Shown in pieces: positions 9,263 to 18,895 of a stretch of 42,584 nucleotides of DNA (within the stretch, counting starts at the first letter, position 1; every line of letters begins with the position of its first letter). This stretch comes from a bacterium (GTDB lineage: Bacteria; DUMJ01). Under the pieces are notes generated by a model. That model worked only from the letters and a program-made list of their open reading frames with translations. It had not been told where the DNA came from and made no database searches. The position numbers were made by a program, and so were the translations under genes. The stretch spans positions 1 to 42,584 of the forward strand of contig JBMFMV010000007.1 in the NCBI GenBank assembly GCA_049970495.1. The letters run 5' to 3'.

Positions 9263-9385
9263 CTAAATAGTACCTAGTTATTTGTAATATTCTATGGTAA
9301 TATTAATATAGAATAAGATGCAAAGCGAAATACTAATCCAATTTTAGGATAATATTTTACTATAAATGGTAATGGAGGGAAGTAG

Positions 9386-11455
9386 ATGAAATTAGAGATA
9401 GGGATGATTAGAAATGTGGTTTTACTCTCTCACGGTGGAGTAGGTAAGACATCTCTTACTGATGCTATGTTGTTCGATGCTAAGCTAGTAGATAGACTAG
9501 GGAGTGTAGATGCTGGAAACAGTAATGTAGACTCTGAACCGGAAGAGATAAAAAGAAAAACTACTATTATGCTAAAAGTCTTTCCCATTCCCTGGAAGAA
9601 CTGTAAAATTAATATTATAGATACCCCTGGTTATTCTGATTTTATTGGTGATGTTTTATCAGGAATTAAAGTTGCAGAGAGCGCAGTATTACTTGTCTGT
9701 GCTTCTGCTGGAATTCAGGTAAATACAGAGATACTTTGGGATATATTGGAAGAGCAGAGTAAACCTAGGATAGTTTTTTTGAATAGGATAGATAGAGAAG
9801 GGGCAAATTTCTCTAGAATTTATGACGAATTAAGAAAGAAATTATCTAATAGGATATTTGCACTTCAGCTTCCTCTTGGTGAACAGGCAGATTTCTCAGG
9901 TATAGTTGATATTTTAAGTAAGAAGGCATATAAATTTTCTGGTGGTAATTATCAGGAAATTCCTATACCAGAAGAATATGAGGACAGAGTAGAAGAATTG
10001 AGAGAGCATCTTATAGAAGCTGTAGTAGAGAATGATGATGAGCTACTTCAGAAGTATCTTGAAGGTGAGACTATCTCAAGTGAAGAGCTAATAGTTGGAA
10101 TGAAAACTGCTATAAAGGAAGGTAAGGCTTTCCCTCTTTTATGCGGCTCTGCTATTAAAAATATAGGTGTGCCCCAGTTGTTGGATGTAATTAAAGACCT
10201 TCTACCATCTCCAGAAGAAGGTAAAATAGAGATATTAAATGAAGATGGATCTATTACTCTGTCTAAGCCCGATCCATCTAAGCCTCCTTCTGTTTTTGTA
10301 TTTAAAACTACAGCTGATCCATTTGTAGGTAAGTTAGCTTTATTTAAAGTCTTTACAGGTACACTGAAGTCGGACATGACCTTACTTAATATAACTAAAG
10401 GGGTAGAAGAAAAGATTGGACATTTGGCTTATCCAAAAGGAAAGACTCAAGAACCCACGGGAGAAGTAGTTACTGGGGATATAGGGGTAGTTGCAAAGAT
10501 TCAATCTGTAGGAACTTCAGATACCCTATGTGATAAGGCTTATCCTGTGAAATATGCCCCCATTAAATTCCCTCAACCTCAGTACTCGGTAGCGGTAATA
10601 CCAAAATCGAAGGGAGATGAAGAAAAACTTAGCAATGCTCTTAGCAGACTTCAAGAGGAAGATCCGACATTTATAAGCTACTACAATACAGAGACTCATC
10701 AGACCATAGTCTCTGGGCTTGGAGACTTGCACATAGAAGTGATACTTGAAAGACTCAAGAGAAAATTTGGCGTTGATGTAGATACTGAATTACCTAAAAT
10801 TCCTTACAGAGAAACGATAACTACTAAAGTAAAGGTGCAGGGTAAGTATAAGCGTCAGACTGGTGGTAGAGGACAGTATGGAGACTGTTGGATAGAACTA
10901 GAACCACTTCCTAGGGGTGGAGGCTATGAATTTATAGATAAAATTTTTGGTGGAGCCATTCCTAAAAACTATATTCCTTCTGTTGAGAAAGGGATAAAAG
11001 AAGCTATGGAAGAAGGTGTATTAGCAGGTTACCCCTTAGTTGATATAAGGGTTTCTCTAGTTGATGGTTCATATCACCCTGTTGATTCTTCTGATATGGC
11101 TTTTAAAATAGCTGGATCTATGGCATTAAAGAAGGGAGCAGCCGAAGCCAATCCGGTTCTACTTGAACCTATTATGTATCTTGAAGTTATGGTTCCAGAG
11201 GAATTTATGGGGGATTGCATAGCCGATTTGAATAGTAAAAGGGCTAAGATTATAGGGATGGAACCACAGGGTAAGTTTCAAGTTATAAAAGCTCATGTCC
11301 CTATGGCTGAAATACTCAGGTATTCTATAGACCTTAAGTCTATAACTCAAGGAAGAGGTAAATATAAGGTAGAATTTTCACATTATGATGTGGTACCAGC
11401 TAAGATAGCAGAGGAGATAATATCAGCTAGTAAGAAGGAGAAGGAAGAAGCCTAA
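9386..11455 (+). CDS. fusA2: Elongation factor G paralog (EF-G2 / EF-G II type)
   Basis: Full EF-G architecture with divergent G motifs (SHGGVGKT, RKTTI, DTPGY, NRID); QTGGRGQYG and GSYHPVDSS conserved; not in an rpsL-rpsG-tuf context. Confidence 0.9.
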   Translation: MKLEIGMIRNVVLLSHGGVGKTSLTDAMLFDAKLVDRLGSVDAGNSNVDSEPEEIKRKTTIMLKVFPIPWKNCKINIIDTPGYSDFIGDVLSGIKVAESAVLLVCASAGIQVNTEILWDILEEQSKPRIVFLNRIDREGANFSRIYDELRKKLSNRIFALQLPLGEQADFSGIVDILSKKAYKFSGGNYQEIPIPEEYEDRVEELREHLIEAVVENDDELLQKYLEGETISSEELIVGMKTAIKEGKAFPLLCGSAIKNIGVPQLLDVIKDLLPSPEEGKIEILNEDGSITLSKPDPSKPPSVFVFKTTADPFVGKLALFKVFTGTLKSDMTLLNITKGVEEKIGHLAYPKGKTQEPTGEVVTGDIGVVAKIQSVGTSDTLCDKAYPVKYAPIKFPQPQYSVAVIPKSKGDEEKLSNALSRLQEEDPTFISYYNTETHQTIVSGLGDLHIEVILERLKRKFGVDVDTELPKIPYRETITTKVKVQGKYKRQTGGRGQYGDCWIELEPLPRGGGYEFIDKIFGGAIPKNYIPSVEKGIKEAMEEGVLAGYPLVDIRVSLVDGSYHPVDSSDMAFKIAGSMALKKGAAEANPVLLEPIMYLEVMVPEEFMGDCIADLNSKRAKIIGMEPQGKFQVIKAHVPMAEILRYSIDLKSITQGRGKYKVEFSHYDVVPAKIAEEIISASKKEKEEA

Positions 11456-11461
11456 TATATT

Positions 11462-12424
11462 ATGTTAAAGAGAAAACTTATTATCTTCTTTAGTGCAGTG
11501 GCAATTGCTTGTGTTAGTACTATAGTAGGGGGATGGTTATTCCTTTATTACAGGAGCGGAAAGACTATAAACGATATTGTTCATAATCCGTCAGAGATAG
11601 TAACTTTTACCCATAAGATTTTTTACGGACCATCCTCCTTCAATATAGTAATCCTAGGAAGAGACTACGATTACGATAATAGAGGTAGACGTCTAGACAG
11701 TGGAAGAACAGATACAATTATGGTCTTCCATGTTGATTGTAAGGGCAAGAAGATAAATGGTATCTCTATCCCGAGAGATACCATAGTAAACATACCTAGA
11801 CATGGGGAGAGCAAAATAAATGCTGCTTATCATATAGGTGGGGTTCCTTTAGCTATAGAAGTAATAGAGGATCTTTTAGGAATAAAGATAGACTACTATG
11901 TGCTTCTTGATCCAGATACTTTTAAAAGAATCGTAGATGCTATAGGGGGGGTAGAAATCTATGTTGAAAAGGATATGAGGTATAAAGATAGTTGGGGTAA
12001 TTTGTATATAGATTTAAAGAAAGGATATCAGCGCCTAAACGGAGTACAGGCTGAAGGATATGTAAGATTTAGATATGATTCATTGGGTGATATAGGAAGA
12101 ATAGAGAGACAGCAGAAATTCCTTTATGCACTATTATCCCAGGTTACAAAACCGAATATGATAGTTAGAGTTCCGACTTTAATTCAAGAATTGTCAAAAT
12201 ATATTCATACCAATTTACCTGTCTCAGAAATGATAAGCCTTGTAACATTCTTTGTTCGTGAAAGAAATACCATCCAACTAAAAACTACTACGTTACCTGG
12301 CTCGGTAGGTAGAAATGGCTATTGGTATCCAGACCTAGAAGAGACAAGTAAACTTATAAGTATGCTTTTTACTGATATAGAGAACTCTTCTAATACTGCT
12401 CAGGCTAAGGTATTGGTTCCATGA
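11462..12424 (+). CDS. LytR-CpsA-Psr (LCP) family cell-wall glycopolymer ligase
   Basis: N-terminal TM; GRTDTIM, SIPRDT, KINAAY, YVRFR, GDIGRIERQQ. Confidence 0.93.
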   Translation: MLKRKLIIFFSAVAIACVSTIVGGWLFLYYRSGKTINDIVHNPSEIVTFTHKIFYGPSSFNIVILGRDYDYDNRGRRLDSGRTDTIMVFHVDCKGKKINGISIPRDTIVNIPRHGESKINAAYHIGGVPLAIEVIEDLLGIKIDYYVLLDPDTFKRIVDAIGGVEIYVEKDMRYKDSWGNLYIDLKKGYQRLNGVQAEGYVRFRYDSLGDIGRIERQQKFLYALLSQVTKPNMIVRVPTLIQELSKYIHTNLPVSEMISLVTFFVRERNTIQLKTTTLPGSVGRNGYWYPDLEETSKLISMLFTDIENSSNTAQAKVLVP

Positions 12425-13398
12425 AAATTGGGATACCCAGGGTATTATTGTTCTATAGATACTATCCAATGTGGAAGGCCTTTTTTGAAGCCCTAGGTTT
12501 GGAAGTGGTCCCTTCCTCTACTACCAATAAAGAGATAGTAGACCTATCAGTAGAAATGTCTGTTAGTGAAGCCTGTTTACCTATAAAACTAGTTTATGGA
12601 CATGTATTAGATCTAAAAGACAAAGTTGACCTTATTTTTATGCCTAGAATAGTGGGGTTAGAATATCGTACTTATATGTGCCCTAAATTTATAGGAATTC
12701 CTGACCTTATTAGGAATATGGGTCTAGATATCCCAGCAATTGTTGAGTCAACTATAGATAAAAGGAATCTTGTTACGGGGTTTATTAAAGGTTTTTTTGA
12801 TCTTGGTAGATTATTTACTAGAAATAACATAAAGATAATGAAAGCATATATAGAGGGGCTAAAAGCGCTTAAGTTATATAACGAAAGATTAAAGATGGGG
12901 GTAACGCCTTTAGAAATTCTAGATGGTAGAGAATTGAAAAAAGAAAATCTCAAATTAAGGATAGGTATCGTAGGACACTGCTATGAAATATATGATGAAT
13001 TTATTAGCGGTGGTATGATAGGGATATTAAATCGCCTTGGGGCAAAAGTCCTTTCTATGGAAATGATTGATTGGAGATACATATTAAAAGAAGCAAATGT
13101 TCTTCCTAAAAAACTATTCTGGACATTCGGAAGAGAACTTTATGGTACTGCTAGGCACTTTATAAGGAAGGGGCTTGTAGACGGTATTATTATAGTTATG
13201 GCCTTTGGATGTGGACCAGACTCCCTTGTCAGAGAACTTATAGAGAGAGATTTAGTAAAACCTGTTGATTTTCCAGAAATAACTATAACTATCGATGAAC
13301 ACTCTAGCGAATTAGGGCTTATAACTAGGCTAGAAGCTTTTATAGATATGTTAATTAGGAGGAAACAGTATGAAGATAACTTATCCACCGTTTGGTGA
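12421..13398 (+). CDS. Activase-associated reductase/dehydratase-like subunit (DUF2229-like)
   Basis: IGIPRVL, EACLPIKLVYGHV, CPKF, FGCGPDS, IDEHS..TRLEAF. Confidence 0.85.
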   Translation: MKIGIPRVLLFYRYYPMWKAFFEALGLEVVPSSTTNKEIVDLSVEMSVSEACLPIKLVYGHVLDLKDKVDLIFMPRIVGLEYRTYMCPKFIGIPDLIRNMGLDIPAIVESTIDKRNLVTGFIKGFFDLGRLFTRNNIKIMKAYIEGLKALKLYNERLKMGVTPLEILDGRELKKENLKLRIGIVGHCYEIYDEFISGGMIGILNRLGAKVLSMEMIDWRYILKEANVLPKKLFWTFGRELYGTARHFIRKGLVDGIIIVMAFGCGPDSLVRELIERDLVKPVDFPEITITIDEHSSELGLITRLEAFIDMLIRRKQYEDNLSTVW

Positions 13399-14455
13399 TG
13401 CTAGGATAGCTATAGAATCTCTACTTAGGGATCTAGGTCATACTATTATTCCTCCACCTCCATCCACTAATAGAACATTATCTATTGGGGTAAAGTATGC
13501 CCCAGAATTTGCTTGTCTTCCTTTAAAAATTACTCTTGGTAACTATATAGAGGCGATAGAAAAAGGTGCTGATACTATTCTTATGTTAGGGGGGATAGGA
13601 CCTTGCCGTTTCGGGTATTATGCGGAAGTACAGAGACGAATCCTTAGAGATTTGGGTTATAAAGTCGATTGGATTATATTGGATCCTTCTAATGGCTGGA
13701 GAAAATTCTTTAGAAGTATAAAAAGACTTTTAAATGGAAACAGTATTATTAAAGCGGTAAGAGCCCTAAAACTTGCATGGGAGAAGGTGTTAGTTATTGA
13801 CGAGATAGAAAAAATAGCTAGAAAGGCAAGACCATTTGAGAAGTATAAAGGAGAGGTGGATAGTATTATACAAGAGACGCATCAGAAGCTAGAACAAGCA
13901 AGAAATACCTTACAGGTAAAGCAGATTCTTGAAGAGTATAGAGAGAAAACAGATAAAATCATAGACAAAAATAGCTTAGAAGATCTTGTAAAGATAGGGA
14001 TAGTAGGGGAATTTTACGTTGTATTAGATCACTTTACTAATTTTGAAATAGCTAAAAGATTAGGGGAGTTTGGGGTATGGGCTGAGAATGCCTTTTACAT
14101 AGAGGAAATAGTTAGGATATACTTTCCTCTGTTTAGAGATAAAGATATTGAAGAGAGGACTAAGGTAGCTCTCCCGTATATAAGACGTTCCGTTGGGGGA
14201 GAAGGACAAAGAACTATAGCGCATACGATAGAATTTGCAGAGAGGGGATTTGATGGGGTAATACATCTTTTACCATTTACATGTATGCCTGAAATAGTTG
14301 CAGAAGGGGTCCTAGAAAATGTGAGTAGAGATTATAATATACCTGTATTGACTTTGTCGATAGATGAACAAACAGGATTGGCGGGTATAGTTACTAGAAT
14401 TGAAGCCTTTATAGATATGCTAAAAACTAGAAAAAGTCGGAGGAAAGTGGTATGA
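13370..14455 (+). CDS. 2-hydroxyacyl-CoA dehydratase-like / CoA-activase-associated subunit
   Basis: PEFACLPLKITLG, GPCRFGYY, IGIVGEFY, PFTCMPE, DEQTG..TRIEAF. Confidence 0.85.
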   Translation: MKITYPPFGDARIAIESLLRDLGHTIIPPPPSTNRTLSIGVKYAPEFACLPLKITLGNYIEAIEKGADTILMLGGIGPCRFGYYAEVQRRILRDLGYKVDWIILDPSNGWRKFFRSIKRLLNGNSIIKAVRALKLAWEKVLVIDEIEKIARKARPFEKYKGEVDSIIQETHQKLEQARNTLQVKQILEEYREKTDKIIDKNSLEDLVKIGIVGEFYVVLDHFTNFEIAKRLGEFGVWAENAFYIEEIVRIYFPLFRDKDIEERTKVALPYIRRSVGGEGQRTIAHTIEFAERGFDGVIHLLPFTCMPEIVAEGVLENVSRDYNIPVLTLSIDEQTGLAGIVTRIEAFIDMLKTRKSRRKVV

Positions 14456-15438
14456 AAAGATTTTTAGGTATAGATGTCGGTTCTGTTAGTACTGATATAG
14501 CAGTTATAGACGAAAATGGAAATTTAATAGTGGGTCTTTATCTTAGGACTGGTGGAGATCCTATAAAGGCTGTTAGAGATGGTCTCTTTAGGATAAAATC
14601 CCAATTTGGAAGAGACCTTCAAATCGATGGGGTTGGTGTGACTGGAAGTGCTAGATTCTTAATAGGGGCTGTAGTTGGTGCAGATGTTATAAAAAATGAG
14701 ATTACGGCTCATGCAGTAGCAGGATTACAATATAATCCACAGGTACAGACAATAATAGAGATAGGTGGGCAAGACTCAAAGATTATTATTATAAGAGATG
14801 GTGTGGTGGTCGATTTTGCTATGAATTCTGTATGTGCTGCAGGGACAGGGTCTTTTCTTGACCATCAGGCTCAGAGACTTGGGATACCTATAGAAGAATT
14901 TGGAGAAGTAGCTTTAAGGTCTAAAAATCCGGTAAGAATTGCTGGAAGATGTACCGTTTTTGCAGAATCTGATATGATACATAAACAGCAGTTAGGGCAT
15001 AAGAGAGAGGATATACTATTTGGCTTATGCGAAGCCTTAGTGAGAAACTACTTAAGTAACGTTGGAAGAGGTAAAGAGATATTACCTCCGATACTCTTTC
15101 AGGGCGGGGTAGCTGCTAACAAAGGAATAAAGGTAGCATTTGAAAGGGCTTTAGGGACAGAAGTTATAGTTCCTCCTTATTTTTCACTTATGGGAGCAAT
15201 AGGTGTAGCACTATTAGCTCGAGAGTCTAATGTACAGAAAACTAAATTTAAAGGTTTTGACATCACAGAATTAGATATTACAACCAGAGGTTTTGAATGT
15301 AGAGGGTGTTCTAATCTTTGTGAGATTACTAATGTGTTTATAGAGGGGAAATTGGTAGCTAGGTTAGGCGGAAGATGTGGAAAGTGGGAAAATTTGGACG
15401 ATGTATCCCTTCCTACAGTAGACCTAGAAAGCTATTGA
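14452..15438 (+). CDS. ATP-dependent [4Fe-4S] CoA-substrate enzyme activase (HgdC/BadF/BcrA family)
   Basis: LGIDVGSVST, EIGGQDSK, MNSVCAAGTGSFL, RCTVFAESD, GGVAAN; C-terminal CxGCxNxC..GGRC. Confidence 0.92.
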   Translation: MKRFLGIDVGSVSTDIAVIDENGNLIVGLYLRTGGDPIKAVRDGLFRIKSQFGRDLQIDGVGVTGSARFLIGAVVGADVIKNEITAHAVAGLQYNPQVQTIIEIGGQDSKIIIIRDGVVVDFAMNSVCAAGTGSFLDHQAQRLGIPIEEFGEVALRSKNPVRIAGRCTVFAESDMIHKQQLGHKREDILFGLCEALVRNYLSNVGRGKEILPPILFQGGVAANKGIKVAFERALGTEVIVPPYFSLMGAIGVALLARESNVQKTKFKGFDITELDITTRGFECRGCSNLCEITNVFIEGKLVARLGGRCGKWENLDDVSLPTVDLESY

Positions 15439-15993
15439 CCTTAAAACATCGTCCTTTAAAAATTTAAAGACTAAAAGATTTGTCCTTTTTTCATCTGTAT
15501 ACTCATTCTTTAGATTAAAGGATAATATCCCATTATTTTCATCTACTTTTAGGGTCTTAATTTTTCCTATGGGAATGCTATCATATATTCCTATTATTTT
15601 TATCCCTTCTTGATAATACTGAGGCCATTTGGTTTTTATTTCTCCGAGTAACTTTACTTTTAAATCATTTGGAAGTTCCCTCCAAGGAATGGGCTTTCTT
15701 TTGATAAAGATATCATTTACAATATTCAAATTACTTGTTATACCTGAAGAATCTATGAGAGGAATACTAGCTATCTTACTTTTTATTATTTCATTTGTCC
15801 TAGGTAGTATAGGGACATTATTTATGGAGACTATGATCTTTTTTTTAATTTTATAGTTAAGGATATTTGTAGCTAGAGATATGTCCAAAGATTTCACTTT
15901 TACATTACATACTGGTATATTTACTATCTTTGGGGTAAAAATGATTCCTAAAGTTTTATATATCTCTTCTAGGACTTTTTCTGCTCCTTCCAT
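15424..15993 (-). CDS. Hypothetical protein
   Basis: 189-aa ORF overlapping the upstream gene on the same strand; no recognised motif. Confidence 0.6.
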   Translation of the reverse strand: MEGAEKVLEEIYKTLGIIFTPKIVNIPVCNVKVKSLDISLATNILNYKIKKKIIVSINNVPILPRTNEIIKSKIASIPLIDSSGITSNLNIVNDIFIKRKPIPWRELPNDLKVKLLGEIKTKWPQYYQEGIKIIGIYDSIPIGKIKTLKVDENNGILSFNLKNEYTDEKRTNLLVFKFLKDDVLRSIAF

Positions 15994-16514
15994 ACGAATC
16001 TTACAGCCTCTTCTAATCTTGAGAAAGGTTCCATTATATCAAAATTTTGTGCTATTTCTATTAAGATAGGGATTATCTCTTGAACTCTTTCTCTATATTT
16101 TTTATCTACCTTTACTCGAAGTGGAAGATTAATATCTACTTTTATAATATATTCGCCATTTTCTAGTTCCTTAGAATCTCCTAAATTTGGTAATACTTCA
16201 GTCCCTTTATATCTACTTATAGATAGGATTGGGAAGGTCCATTTAGATTCCTCTAAAAATGGCTCTTCTCTTACAAGTAGAATGGAAGGTTTATGCTCTA
16301 ACGCTTCTACTAAAGGAATCCCTACACTCTCTATACGGATGTATCTATCTATCGTATTTCCATACAAAATTGTCTGTAACTTTGATGGTTTTATTGGCTC
16401 TAAATATTTGAATTCTATAGGAATCCCTCTTTTATCAACAATTAAAATCCCCCCTAAGTAGGTAGGACCTTCGAATACTCTAGTTGTTATATAACCTAAC
16501 AGGTTAGTTCCCAT
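15969..16514 (-). CDS. Conserved-looking hypothetical protein
   Basis: 181-aa ORF, 3 nt after the PRC-barrel gene; GGILIVDxRGxPxEF..PIxP..QxILYG block. Confidence 0.8.
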   Translation of the reverse strand: MGTNLLGYITTRVFEGPTYLGGILIVDKRGIPIEFKYLEPIKPSKLQTILYGNTIDRYIRIESVGIPLVEALEHKPSILLVREEPFLEESKWTFPILSISRYKGTEVLPNLGDSKELENGEYIIKVDINLPLRVKVDKKYRERVQEIIPILIEIAQNFDIMEPFSRLEEAVRFVWKEQKKS

Positions 16515-16517
16515 AGA

Positions 16518-17201
16518 TTATTCTTCTATTGAGTTTATTAATTCTTGAATTCTATCAAGACTTCTCATTTGATTAATAATCTGTATTGTTACCACATCTC
16601 CCTTGGAAGCTATTAAAGTTCCATCATCCATTACAAGGTCTCTTATCAATTTTTTCCCTATAAGAAAGGCATTTTGTTTTGCTTTAAATCCCTTTTCTTC
16701 TATAAATGCCTGTTCTCTTTGAACTGAAATCTCTTCTTTAAGCATGTTTTCCCCCTTAATATTAACTAAGGCCGCAGATGGACCTAATGCTACTAAGTTT
16801 TCTCTAGGAATTATCTGATCTTTCTCCTTTATTTTTATTCCCTCTATATCTAAGGTCTCTTCGTTTATAAAAAGTTCCTCAATTTTCCCAAGGATTTCTC
16901 CAGTATCAGTATATACAGGAAGTTCTCTCCACTCTACTCTGTTATCTAGGAATTCAAGTATATCTGGTAGTTCTACGACATTTTTAAGAGTATCCTTTGT
17001 AGTTATAATAGTATTCTTTCCTATCACCTCTATCTCATCCTTAGATAAGAACTTTACTCCTCTATACCAGTCTTTATCACGGACTAGGAACCCTATTCCG
17101 GCAATTCTTTTATTATCTAAGACCAATTCTTCTACTGCCCCTAAATAATTACCAGAACGACTTAAAATAGGGAGTTGTATTACCTCTCCCAATGGACGCA
17201 T
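16518..17201 (-). CDS. Tandem PRC-barrel domain protein
   Basis: Two GxxLGxVEEL-type repeats (SGNYLGAVEELVLD; TGEILGKIEELFIN); GAGGGG SD. Confidence 0.8.
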   Translation of the reverse strand: MRPLGEVIQLPILSRSGNYLGAVEELVLDNKRIAGIGFLVRDKDWYRGVKFLSKDEIEVIGKNTIITTKDTLKNVVELPDILEFLDNRVEWRELPVYTDTGEILGKIEELFINEETLDIEGIKIKEKDQIIPRENLVALGPSAALVNIKGENMLKEEISVQREQAFIEEKGFKAKQNAFLIGKKLIRDLVMDDGTLIASKGDVVTIQIINQMRSLDRIQELINSIEE

Positions 17202-17210
17202 CTTTCCCTC

Positions 17211-17516
17211 CTATACCTTTATATCTATATTTTCCCCTAATCCAGGTTTATAGGTATCTTCTGATTCACCACTTGGCTTTTTTTGCCCTTTCCGATATTC
17301 TTTCTTAAAATTTTTTCTCTCTTCGTTTTGGCTAATATCCTTAGCCTTATTACTTTCTTTAGATGATTCTACTTCATTTTGACGCTGCTCAGTTACTTGC
17401 CTAAAATATAGCTGAAACTGCTTCTGTATAGTTTCAGAAGTCTGTCTTTGAACCTCCTTAATCTTTTCTAGTTCTTGTGTCCTTATTACTAGGGGCTGTA
17501 TATCCCCAGTTCTCAT
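17211..17516 (-). CDS. Small hypothetical protein following DUF342
   Basis: ATGA overlap with the upstream gene; Q/E/K-rich with C-terminal GENIDIKV. Confidence 0.75.
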   Translation of the reverse strand: MRTGDIQPLVIRTQELEKIKEVQRQTSETIQKQFQLYFRQVTEQRQNEVESSKESNKAKDISQNEERKNFKKEYRKGQKKPSGESEDTYKPGLGENIDIKV

Positions 17517-18895
17517 ATCGCCCTAAACTCAACCCTCCCATCATTATAAATAAAATATACCCTTTCCAATTCTGAATCTACATTATAATTTATATCACCA
17601 ATCCATACCTTAACACCAGGGTATACTTTACCAGTGGCTTGTATCTTTGCTTCTTTTACTAGATACAAGATTTCATTAGTTAATTCTCTAATTTTATCAT
17701 CTCTTAAGTTTAATTGTTCAATTAAGAGCCTCTGTATCTCCCTAAGTTTGTTAAGCTGGTTACGTCTTATCTCTGGCAAATTTTCTTCTCTACCATATCC
17801 AGCTAGATAATTAATATTGGTATTGACTTCTTCTAATCTCTTTTTTATATCTTCTTTTTCTCTACTAAGTTTATCTAACTCTAATGACTTCCATGGGTCT
17901 TTACCTACTATTATTACAGTCTTAGTCCCATAAGATGAACCAATTTGGGAAGAATAGACTGATTTAAGAGCCCATACATTCCCCCCACATATTATTCCCC
18001 TATTTGAAATTACTCTGATATTTCCTCCGCATTTTATATTACTGTCTAGTATACCTTGCTCTACTACTATATCCCCATATACCTCTATTTCTGTATTTCT
18101 AATGATTTTAGCAAATAAATTCCCCTTTACGGTAACTTTCTTATCTGATTCACCATATATGCCTCTTCTTACTATTAAGTTTCCTCCAACTTCTACATTA
18201 GCATTCTCTATATCTTTCCAGACTTCTAGATTATGCCCGCATCTAACAGTGAAATGACTCCTTATACTCCCTCTAATTAAGACACTACCTACAAAATCTA
18301 TATTCCCAGTAGAATAATCTACGTCCCTATGTATCTCTAATATGGGTGATACTGATATGGTTCCTTCTGCCACAGTTGGGGTTCCTGAGATAGTAGCTAT
18401 AAGCTTTAGTCCATCCTCAGAAATTTCAGTGTTTTTCCCTCTAGGAATTTTTATATCTCTTCCTTTCCTAGGAGGTATTGGTTCTCCGTATACATTAATT
18501 CCTGGTTTACCTTCAGTAGGAGGAGTCTTTATTGCTAAAACATCTCCTTTATTTACATTTTCTACAAATCCTAAATCCCTAAAGTCTACAGTTCCGTCAG
18601 GATTTTCCTTTGGGACTAATTCTTTCTTCCCTAAAGATACTAGATATCTGATACTAGCATCCTCGCCACTTTCAGGGGGTATGCCTTCAGCTATAAGGAT
18701 ATCTTCAGCTACCTGAAGCTTAACTATATAAGATATATCCTCTTCCTTTATCCCAAATTTTATTTTTGCTTTAGATAATGCCTCCCTTATGTCATCCTCT
18801 GTAATAAGCTCTTCTTCTGATGGAGTTATTGTAATAAAAGCCTTTAGTTTGTCTGGAGATACCCTTATTTTTATTCTATCTTCTTTAGATCCCAT
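17513..18895 (-). CDS. DUF342 / FapA family flagellar-associated protein
   Basis: IAEGIPPESGED, DGTVDFRDL, DVDYSTGNIDFVGSV, beta-helix-like repeats, coiled coil, VYPGV. Confidence 0.9.
   Translation of the reverse strand: MGSKEDRIKIRVSPDKLKAFITITPSEEELITEDDIREALSKAKIKFGIKEEDISYIVKLQVAEDILIAEGIPPESGEDASIRYLVSLGKKELVPKENPDGTVDFRDLGFVENVNKGDVLAIKTPPTEGKPGINVYGEPIPPRKGRDIKIPRGKNTEISEDGLKLIATISGTPTVAEGTISVSPILEIHRDVDYSTGNIDFVGSVLIRGSIRSHFTVRCGHNLEVWKDIENANVEVGGNLIVRRGIYGESDKKVTVKGNLFAKIIRNTEIEVYGDIVVEQGILDSNIKCGGNIRVISNRGIICGGNVWALKSVYSSQIGSSYGTKTVIIVGKDPWKSLELDKLSREKEDIKKRLEEVNTNINYLAGYGREENLPEIRRNQLNKLREIQRLLIEQLNLRDDKIRELTNEILYLVKEAKIQATGKVYPGVKVWIGDINYNVDSELERVYFIYNDGRVEFRAI

Noticed and set aside
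9288..9315. AT-rich inverted repeat tattctat..atagaata before fusA2
   Set aside because: Short, weak and AT-only; cannot be called a terminator or operator.
6134..9385. CRISPR array or mini-array near the RAMP gene
   Set aside because: The intergenic gaps (6134-6243, 6448-6523, 7412-7433, 9263-9385) show no repeated 25-40-nt unit.
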